Assembly: GCA_934120015.1 (NCBI GenBank)
Contig: CAKOTD010000001.1
Location: forward strand, 836 to 64,835
DNA from: an uncultured Bacilli bacterium
GTDB taxonomy: Bacteria; Bacillota_I; Bacilli_A; RF39; UBA660
DNA: 64,000 bases
Reading direction: 5' to 3'
Each line of letters opens with the position of its first letter. The first letter of the stretch is position 1. Both the position numbers and the translations under genes were made by a program. The notes under the pieces were generated by a model. That model saw only the letters and a list, made by a program, of their open reading frames with translations. It did not search any database and was not told where the DNA came from. Positions 10,803 through 18,228 of the stretch are shown here, piece by piece.

Positions 10803-11394
10803 TTAATGTATTTTTGTAATGCTTAGTACAGCATTTATATTAGCGCCAAGTGTTAAGGTGGCTGCCTGTGGTGAGCTAACGTTTAAGGTTACGACATCTC
10901 CTTCAACCAGTGCTGCAATAATTGTATTACTAACATTATTTAATTAATGTGTTTGCACTCCAATTTACACCAATACTACTTCCTGCTAATAATACATTAT
11001 TACTCATTACATTTATTTTTAAATTACCATCTTGTTGCAAAGTTCCACTAAGATAATAAGAAATTTGATAAAATGCACTTTCTTTTACATCAATTGAAGT
11101 AGCTGTATCATAACTTGCATTAAATGCTGAACCCGTTTCTTCTAATGGGATAATTGTGTCAACATCTTGTTGTAATTGTAGTGCTTGTTGATTTGATATA
11201 GAATATCTCATAGCATAGGAAATTGTTGGTGTTGGTCCAACCGGTCCAATTGGTCCTTTTTCTCCATTCTCACCTTTAGGACCTGTTGGTCCTTGAATAT
11301 GACAAAATTTAATATTTTTATTTGCTTCTTCTATTTTCTTTTTTGCTTTTTCATAATTTGAACTACAATTAGATTTTTTTAATCCATCATTCAT
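10803..11394 (-). pseudogene. BclA-like collagen-repeat exosporium or surface protein, split by a frameshift at about 10936
   Basis: ORF 10936..11394 carries seven GXX triplets (GPTGPKGENGEKGPIGPVGPT) and about 95 aa of a C-terminal domain, then stops at NTLIK*. The next frame continues (L)NNVSNTIIAALVEGDVVTLNVSSPQAATLTLGANINAVLSITKIH* down to 10803. Together these give a C-terminal domain of about 140 aa. Confidence 0.65.
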
Positions 11395-11590
11395 ATATTA
11401 CCTCTTCATATAAATATTATGTAAAAACCATATAATTTTGCAAAATTATGTTTTATTTATATCATTGTAATAAATTAAATGAATTTAATTGTATACAAAA
11501 ACACTACCTTTATTTGATAGTGTTTTCTTCTTTTAATGTTATTTATAGAATACTTTTATTTTCATTTCAAATATCCTACTTATCATTAAA

Positions 11591-12622
11591 CTATTTTTCA
11601 ATATATCCACTGATTCCTTTTACATACATATCATCTGTTATGGATTTATACTTTTCACCATCATAATCATCTGTAAATCCATTATATGCTTTATATATGT
11701 CACCAGTATCTATATCATATACTCTTTCATATCCAAGAGTTGCATCACTTTGTTTTTGATTCATTATGTCATAACTAGCACTTCTTTTTTCCCAAGAGTC
11801 CATAATACCATCTGTTATTTGATTGCATATAGTTCTAATGTTTTGAAAGTTTCTCATTACTGCATCTTGTTCAATATTAAAACCACTTATAAAAGCATCT
11901 GTAAATTCTAAAGAAGAAGCAATAGTATTTAGAGGCTCCTCCCAATTTATGAATTCATCCTTTGGTGCTGTGATAAAAATAGTATCATAAACACTTAAAA
12001 AATATATATCTATTTGCTTACCAGTAGTTATACTATCAAAAACATAATATGGACCAGCATCATATACATAGGCAGTAAATAAGCCTTCTGCATCTTCTCC
12101 GTTTTCATCCTTGAATGATGCCCTTAATATATCTCCACCTAAAACTCCAGTACCTAAATTTTCAATAACCGTAAAGTCCGTTAAGCTTGGAAATTTAAAT
12201 GAACTTGTATTATTTAATGATCCAAGTTCATTAAATATTTTATAAAATCCTTCTGTAGTTTTATCTGCTATTACTGGATTTTTTGCAAATATATCATTTG
12301 GGTAATATCTTTGTTGAAATGCTTTTGCTTCTTCAGATTTGTTATATCCTTCAGTTTTTAAATTAAAGAAAAACTGATAACTTGGTCTTTGTGGATCATA
12401 TACTTTGATTGTATAGTGAATATAATCTCCAATTGCATCAACTTTCCATCCTTTTGGAACTTTCATTTTAAATAATCCATTATCAAAATCAGTATATGTA
12501 ATTGATTTAGTTTCAACCTCTCTAATTTTTACATTATCTTTTTTAGTTAAAGTATTCCCACATCCTGTTAATCCTATCATCAAAAAACCACAGATTAAAA
12601 TTGTTAATATTGTTCTTTTCAT
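11591..12622 (-). CDS. Lipoprotein of unknown function
   Basis: Signal peptide with lipobox (LMIGLTGC). No recognisable catalytic motif. Confidence 0.7.
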   Translation of the reverse strand: MKRTILTILICGFLMIGLTGCGNTLTKKDNVKIREVETKSITYTDFDNGLFKMKVPKGWKVDAIGDYIHYTIKVYDPQRPSYQFFFNLKTEGYNKSEEAKAFQQRYYPNDIFAKNPVIADKTTEGFYKIFNELGSLNNTSSFKFPSLTDFTVIENLGTGVLGGDILRASFKDENGEDAEGLFTAYVYDAGPYYVFDSITTGKQIDIYFLSVYDTIFITAPKDEFINWEEPLNTIASSLEFTDAFISGFNIEQDAVMRNFQNIRTICNQITDGIMDSWEKRSASYDIMNQKQSDATLGYERVYDIDTGDIYKAYNGFTDDYDGEKYKSITDDMYVKGISGYIEK

Positions 12623-12738
12623 AATTATTTCTCCTTTTTAATAAATTACTATTCATCAATTCAATTATAACACAAGAAAGGAATATTTGAAATTTTTAAT
12701 TTCATAATTTGCGTTCTATAATGCATCTATGCCTATTA

Positions 12739-14022
12739 TTAATATTCTGGTTTTGCACATTTAGATAAATCGACATTTATTGATTCGAGAAATTCATCAA
12801 GGTACTTATTTTTTTTGCCTTTCTCAACAGTAAGCATTAAAGAATTATATTGTTTCATATATTTTTCACCAAGATATATTTCATATTCCGGTAAATCATT
12901 CATATCATATACCTTATCATTGGCATTAGTACTAGAATTTAGAATTTTTTCAATATCATAGCTATATGTACCTTTTACCGACTTTGTATATTTTAACATT
13001 GATATACATATTCTACCAGGTTCACAATCTTTGTAGGAGGTAAATAATTCATATGTACCATTATCATAAACATTTAATGATACAGGTATATAATTTTTAT
13101 TACCAATATTTATACTTATTAATAGATTACCAGAATTCATTAATACATCTGACCCAACATCCTCTGGATAATTCAGACATTTATTACCAAGATTAATATT
13201 TTTAATTCCTGCTTCAAAAATAACTAAATCTGAATCAATTATTTTCTCTTTAAATTCTTTTTTTACTTCCTCATTTATTTCAACATAATTAACAACTATA
13301 CTATTTTTATAAATATCAATACCTACTGAATTAAAATTTTTTGGAGGTTGATTAGAAGTTAAATAATCATTTATTTTATTAAAAACTTCTTCAAGTTCAT
13401 TATAAGAATTTTTCACATATTCCACCTTAATAGAATCATCAATTGTAAACAATTCATTATAATAATAGAAATCCATAGTCCCTGCTTGATATATTTTATC
13501 TTTTACAATTTGGACTACTAAATTACGGGCATCATCACTTATATACATTCCACCATAATAATCAGGATACTTCCCATCATATCTATATCTTAAAAAAGCT
13601 TCAACATCTCGAGCTACAAATGTCATTTGATAATTTCTTTCATAATACTTTTCTAACTCATCTTCTCCATTTCTATAAATAAAACTAACTAAGATTATTA
13701 AAATAATAATAACTATTACAGATACTAAAAACACAAAATTTAATTTTTTCTTTGTTTTATTTTTCTCCTTAATAGTACTTAATATAGCCCTATCTTTTGC
13801 TTCTTCACTATTGTCCCTTTCTCCATTGATTAACTCTTCAATACTTATTTCTAATTCTTCACATAAAGATTTATATAAAGAAATATCTGGAAAACTTAAT
13901 CCACGTTCCCATTTGCTGACTGCATTTATGCTTACTCCCATTTTTTCTGCAAGTTGTTCCTGGGTCATATTTTTTTCTTTTCGTAATTTAGCAATAAACT
14001 TTCCTACTTTACCTTGATTCAT
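12739..14022 (-). CDS. XRE-family HTH regulator with TM helix and large extracytoplasmic domain
   Basis: Cro/C1 HTH region (NMTQEQLAEKMGVSINAVSKWERG) followed by one TM helix (FVFLVSVIVIIILIILVSFI). The start was moved to MNQGKVGKF at 14022. Confidence 0.8.
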   Translation of the reverse strand: MNQGKVGKFIAKLRKEKNMTQEQLAEKMGVSINAVSKWERGLSFPDISLYKSLCEELEISIEELINGERDNSEEAKDRAILSTIKEKNKTKKKLNFVFLVSVIVIIILIILVSFIYRNGEDELEKYYERNYQMTFVARDVEAFLRYRYDGKYPDYYGGMYISDDARNLVVQIVKDKIYQAGTMDFYYYNELFTIDDSIKVEYVKNSYNELEEVFNKINDYLTSNQPPKNFNSVGIDIYKNSIVVNYVEINEEVKKEFKEKIIDSDLVIFEAGIKNINLGNKCLNYPEDVGSDVLMNSGNLLISINIGNKNYIPVSLNVYDNGTYELFTSYKDCEPGRICISMLKYTKSVKGTYSYDIEKILNSSTNANDKVYDMNDLPEYEIYLGEKYMKQYNSLMLTVEKGKKNKYLDEFLESINVDLSKCAKPEY

Positions 14023-14401
14023 AATTATCCCTTCTTTCATGAATAATTTTATCATTTTATTTTTTTTGTTACACATACTATTGGTTTAATTTTTTAATAG
14101 TGCCTTTTGAAACTTTTTTTGATAATTAAAATCACTATATTAGTTCGTACAGACTTTTGATTTAGACTACCATTGATTTTTACTTTATCACAAGTTTAGA
14201 TATTTTCTTCTTATTTCTGGAAATAAATCATATAAATTATATCCTAATAAATTATTAAGATATTCTTTCAATTTATATGCTTCTGATTGTTTTATTTATA
14301 TCTACGCCTATACGCATTATTATCACCAAAATCATTATAACATTTAATACAAGCAAAATTTAATATAATTAAAAACGAACTATAAGTTCTGATGTGAACC
14401 T

Positions 14402-14505
14402 TTAAACAATATCATTTAATGCACTTGATAAATCTTGAGCTGTTTCTATTTCGTAATTTTCTTGTAATAATTTTAATATTTCTTTTCCTTATTATTTTTT
14501 TTCAT
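14402..14505 (-). mobile_element. Remnant of an IS256/Mutator-type transposase N-terminus (about 35 codons, frameshifted in an A8 run, then truncated)
   Basis: My own translation gives ATG-AAAAAAAA..(frameshift)..GKEILKLLQENYEIETAQDLSSALNDIV*. The pattern ..T.xDLxxALxD.. is typical of IS256-family N-termini (from memory). A GGAGAG RBS lies upstream. Confidence 0.4.
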
Positions 14506-14607
14506 AATAAAAATCTCTCCATTTCTTATATTTTATCATGGAAAGATTTATTATTTACACAAATTTATTTACAGACTCAGTTAAAAAGATAATTTTGATG
14601 AACTTTC

Positions 14608-14778
14608 TTTAACAATTAAATGTATTTATACCATAATTTATAATTTTAAATTTAATATCTTTTCTTCCACGTTAGAACTATATTTAGATATATATATATT
14701 CTTAATCATATTCTCATGTTCAGTTATAAAATTTTTCATAAAGATAAGAATATCTTTTTCATTAATTTTTACTAGATG
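14608..14778. repeat. Repeat copy A (3' end plus downstream flank of the 411-aa gene)
   Basis: About 170 nt aligns by eye to 17358..17520 with scattered substitutions and one 3-nt indel. Confidence 0.85.
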
Positions 14779-15873
14779 ATTTTTAAATCTATATTGAACT
14801 AAATCATCCACAAATTCTTTTACATAGCTAAATTTACCAAAATCAATATGACATGAGACATTCCCATCTTTTGAAGTATAAAATGTAATATTTTTTTCAA
14901 GGAAATGCTTTTCACATAATACTATTGCAAACCCATCTTGAACTAATTCATTAATTATATCTGTATGCTTATATAAACTATTGTAACATTTTTCTAGTTT
15001 ATCCTTTCTAACTATAATTTTTACTTTGTCTTCATAATCCTCCCAACAAATATCACCCATAACGCCACGCTCTATTCTTTTATATTTATGAGTGACTTTT
15101 TCATACATATATTCTTCATTTTCTACAACTGATATAATTTGTTGTATTGCTTTGCCAATTAAATCTATATCAAATGTTGAATATTTTTCAAATAATTTAT
15201 CAAAATCATTTAATTCTTTCCCAGCAGCAGTAATATCTTCATTGCACTTAGTTATTTCTGATTCATATGATAGAACAATTTTTGCCGCCGCAAGTTGAAT
15301 CTCCTTGTTTCTTTTGCATAAAATATTTTCATATGTTTGTTGTGATGTTTTATACTTGTCATGCAAATTAACAATCTCATCAAATAGTATTCTTGTTTCT
15401 GGTATTTTATTTTCAGCTTTCATAACTAACATTTTAGGTGCATTAAAAGGTAATCTTTGTAATTGTTGTTCCCATAAAAAATCATATGGAATTTCTAAAC
15501 CTGATACTTCAGCCTTAAAATAAAGTGTCCCAGAAACAACTTTTAACTCCCATAAAACTTTTTCTTCATTATTTTGTATTATAGATATTTTAGCATTTCG
15601 GCACGGAGTACCATTTAGTCCACTAAATCCATTATGTTGGTGAGGGTGCCATCTATCAAATTCTAGTTTTATAACTTGACCATTAATATTTGTAAACTTG
15701 ACTTTCCCCGATTCGTTATAAAAATGTTTACTTATTCCTGGGATTTCTGATTCTTCATATAAATAGTGCTGATGATTTTTATACATAAAACTTTTTTTAT
15801 CTTTTTTAGATAATACGATATTTTTAATTATATTATAAAGTTTTCCGCTTTTTTCATGTTGTATTTCAATCAT
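14638..15873 (-). CDS. Hypothetical 411-aa protein with no recognisable domain and a central coiled-coil-like region
   Basis: Long ORF with an AAGGAAG RBS. Divergent from the LysR gene. Its 3' end is duplicated at 17358..17520. Confidence 0.75.
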   Translation of the reverse strand: MIEIQHEKSGKLYNIIKNIVLSKKDKKSFMYKNHQHYLYEESEIPGISKHFYNESGKVKFTNINGQVIKLEFDRWHPHQHNGFSGLNGTPCRNAKISIIQNNEEKVLWELKVVSGTLYFKAEVSGLEIPYDFLWEQQLQRLPFNAPKMLVMKAENKIPETRILFDEIVNLHDKYKTSQQTYENILCKRNKEIQLAAAKIVLSYESEITKCNEDITAAGKELNDFDKLFEKYSTFDIDLIGKAIQQIISVVENEEYMYEKVTHKYKRIERGVMGDICWEDYEDKVKIIVRKDKLEKCYNSLYKHTDIINELVQDGFAIVLCEKHFLEKNITFYTSKDGNVSCHIDFGKFSYVKEFVDDLVQYRFKNHLVKINEKDILIFMKNFITEHENMIKNIYISKYSSNVEEKILNLKL

Positions 15874-15962
15874 AATTTCACTTCCTTAATTGAATTATAC
15901 AAGAAAATGTGATATAAGTATAATATATATTATTTATATCAATTATAAGGAGTGTTTATATT

Positions 15963-16853
15963 GTGAATATTAATTTAGATTTATACCGTATATTTTATGT
16001 AATTGCTAAAAATGGAAGTATATCTGCAGCAGCAGATGCCCTTTTCATTTCTCAACCAGCAATTACTTTTCAAATAAAGAAATTAGAAGATCAATTAGGA
16101 ATTAGTTTATTTACAAGAACAAAACATGGCGTTATATTAACAGATGAGGGTAAAGTTTTATTTGATTACGTAAAAAATGGAATTGAAAGTATTATAAATG
16201 GTGAAAACGCATTGTCTAACCTAAAAAATTTAGAAAGTGGTATTATCAGAATAGGTGCTTCAACTACAGTTTGTAGACATGTTGTAATGCCATATCTTGA
16301 AATATTTCATGAATTATACCCTAAAATTGATATTCAAATAGTTAATAATCTTACAAGTAATTTGCTTAAGGACTTAAGAAATGGAAACCTTGATATATTA
16401 TTTTTAAATATGCCAATGGATGAAAATAAAGATTTAAAAATAATACCTATAACTGATGTTCAGGATATCTTTGTGGGTAATAAAAAATATTATGATTTAA
16501 CAAATGGGAAGTTAAACTTAAATAATTTAAATTCTTTTCCCCTAATTTTTCAAAAATTACCTTCGAATACACGTGCATATCTAAATAATTATTTGAAAAA
16601 AAATAATGTAAATTTAAAACCACAATTGGAAGTCGTAAGTTACAATTTAATTATGGACTTAGTTAAAGCAGGATTTGGAATTGGGTATGCGACTAAAGAA
16701 TATATAGGGGATGCTATAAAGGATAAAAAGTTGTATGAATTAAAAATAAAAGAAAAAATACCTAGTAGATATATTGGGATAGCCCTATCTAAAAATCATA
16801 TACCTAATTTTAGTACCAAAAAACTTATTGAAATAATTAATAAAATAAAGTAA
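15963..16853 (+). CDS. LysR-family transcriptional regulator
   Basis: N-terminal HTH region (YRIFYVIAKNGSISAAADALFISQPAITFQIKKLEDQLG) and a C-terminal substrate-binding domain of typical length. Confidence 0.9.
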   Translation: MNINLDLYRIFYVIAKNGSISAAADALFISQPAITFQIKKLEDQLGISLFTRTKHGVILTDEGKVLFDYVKNGIESIINGENALSNLKNLESGIIRIGASTTVCRHVVMPYLEIFHELYPKIDIQIVNNLTSNLLKDLRNGNLDILFLNMPMDENKDLKIIPITDVQDIFVGNKKYYDLTNGKLNLNNLNSFPLIFQKLPSNTRAYLNNYLKKNNVNLKPQLEVVSYNLIMDLVKAGFGIGYATKEYIGDAIKDKKLYELKIKEKIPSRYIGIALSKNHIPNFSTKKLIEIINKIK

Positions 16854-16877
16854 AATATTCATAGGAGGTTTTGATTT

Positions 16878-17318
16878 ATGACTAAAACGCATGGTATAGA
16901 TGCTAGTACTGTTATTGGAAATGCATTCATTTCTACTAAGAGAAATAAGATGACTAGAGAAGAAATATATCAATTTTGGAAAATAGTAGATACCCTATTA
17001 CCAAATACTTATTATACAGTAGGCAGCTTTGATTCTTTCTTTGAATATTGGACCGTTATAACATTAGATAATGATACATGTTATGTTAACTGTGATACAA
17101 ACAAATTAATAAGATATTATAGAATTGGAATACGAACTGAAGTTATTAATATATTTGATATAGCCGGTACAAAATTTAATGAAATAAAAATGGAGGCAAC
17201 AAGGGAATTATCAAATAATGAAAACAATGGCCTTTCTTTAGGAGAATTAATAGACAAAAAAATAGAGGAATTAAAAAAGAATGATTTAGATAATAAAAGA
17301 TTGGTATTAAAAAAATAG
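16878..17318 (+). CDS. Hypothetical protein, 146 aa
   Basis: ORF with an AGGAGG RBS, lying 24 nt after the LysR stop. No recognisable motif. Confidence 0.55.
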   Translation: MTKTHGIDASTVIGNAFISTKRNKMTREEIYQFWKIVDTLLPNTYYTVGSFDSFFEYWTVITLDNDTCYVNCDTNKLIRYYRIGIRTEVINIFDIAGTKFNEIKMEATRELSNNENNGLSLGELIDKKIEELKKNDLDNKRLVLKK

Positions 17319-17388
17319 AGACTATTTAAGGTTAAAAAGTTAATTTCAATTAACTTTTTTTAATAATTAAATGTATTTATACCATACT

Positions 17389-17520
17389 TTATAATTTTAA
17401 ATTTAATATCTGTTCTTCCACGTTGGAATTATATTTAGATATATCCTTCATATTCTTATGTTCAGTTATAAAATTTTTCATAAAGACAAGAATATCTTTT
17501 TCATTTATTTTAACTAGATG
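17389..17520 (-). pseudogene. Truncated paralogue: last about 43 codons of a second copy of the 411-aa gene (repeat copy B)
   Basis: My own translation gives HLVKINEKDILVFMKNFITEHKNMKDISKYNSNVEEQILNLKL*, compared with HLVKINEKDILIFMKNFITEHENMIKNIYISKYSSNVEEKILNLKL* in the intact gene. Homology ends abruptly at 17520. Confidence 0.8.
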
Positions 17521-17775
17521 GTGTTAGTATAGATACATAAGCAACAAATTACAGTGTCAAAAAATTAATTGAAATAGTAACTAGAAACAATTAATAACTA
17601 TATGATAAAAATATTAAAATTTAATATGAAACTAAATAAAGAGACTTTATTTCACATACAATTAATGTATCAATCTATAATTCTGTTTCTAAGTTTACAA
17701 AATAAAACTACTTTCAAAGCAAATTGATAGTAGTTTTTATATTATTATCTCAAAAAAATTGAGTATCAGCCTATC

Positions 17776-17851
17776 TGGTGCCGAAAATAGGACTTGAACC
17801 TACGACCTGCTGATTACGAGACAGCTGCTCTACCTACTGAGCCATTTCGGC
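17776..17851 (-). tRNA. tRNA-Thr (anticodon CGT), CCA encoded
   Basis: Folded by hand. Acceptor GCCGAAA/TTTCGGC, D stem GCTC/GAGC, anticodon loop cTCGTaa with U33 and A37, T stem GTAGG/CCTAT with loop TTCAAGT, discriminator A, then CCA. Confidence 0.9.
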
Positions 17852-17866
17852 AAATTCAACAATATA

Positions 17867-17895
17867 ATTATATATTTTTTAATATTTTTTTTCAA
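17867..17895 (-). promoter_or_regulatory. Sigma-A type promoter for tRNA-Thr(CGT)
   Basis: On the minus strand, TTGAAA, a 17-nt spacer, then TATAAT. The -10 ends 15 nt before the tRNA 5' end. Confidence 0.6.
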
Positions 17896-17929
17896 TATTA
17901 AATTTTTTAATATTTTTTATAAAAAGTTA

Positions 17930-17958
17930 TTGACAAATTATGGTTTTTAGATTAGTAT
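17930..17958 (+). promoter_or_regulatory. Sigma-A type promoter facing away from the tRNA
   Basis: TTGACA (17930-35), a 17-nt spacer, then TAGTAT (17953-58). Confidence 0.55.
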
Positions 17959-17964
17959 AGTAAC

Positions 17965-18065
17965 TACCAATTCGGAATTAGGCGAATTGGTGCTAGTATC
18001 ACACTAGCCAACCCCTTTTTATTCTTTTATGGAACTGTTCTCAGGGGGACAGTTCTATTTTTTTT
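17965..18065 (+). ncRNA. Candidate small RNA of about 100 nt with two hairpins and an intrinsic terminator; class unknown
   Basis: Hairpin CCAATTCG(gaattagg)CGAATTGG, hairpin GCTAGT(atcac)ACTAGC, single-stranded CCCCTTTTTATTCTT, and terminator GAACTGT(tctcaggggg)ACAGTTC followed by TATTTTTTTT. There is no ORF and no plus-strand gene downstream. Confidence 0.35.
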
Positions 18066-18094
18066 GAAAAAAAAAAGAATGCTTAAGCATTCTC
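18066..18094 (-). terminator. Intrinsic terminator of the PFOR transcript
   Basis: The minus strand reads AGAATGCTTAAGCATTCT followed by T10. Confidence 0.75.
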
Positions 18095-18228
18095 TGGCCG
18101 AATTGATGCTTCCCACAGCATCCCTTTTTATTCTTAAGGAGGCATATCTGCTACCTTAAGAATATTATATTATAGTTTATTAAATAATTTCAACTAAATA
18201 ATTTTTTATAATGTAAATGTTTGTAAAG

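Noticed and set aside
11220-11290. Collagen GXX triplet region as a tandem DNA repeat or contingency locus
   Set aside because: There are only seven triplets with different codons, and no perfect nucleotide periodicity that would promote slippage.
17521-17700. 41-codon plus-strand ORF (MIKILKFNMKLNKETLFHIQ...) between the pseudogene fragment and tRNA-Thr
   Set aside because: It has no RBS and a composition typical of AT-rich intergenic DNA. It lies in a region that looks like decayed sequence.
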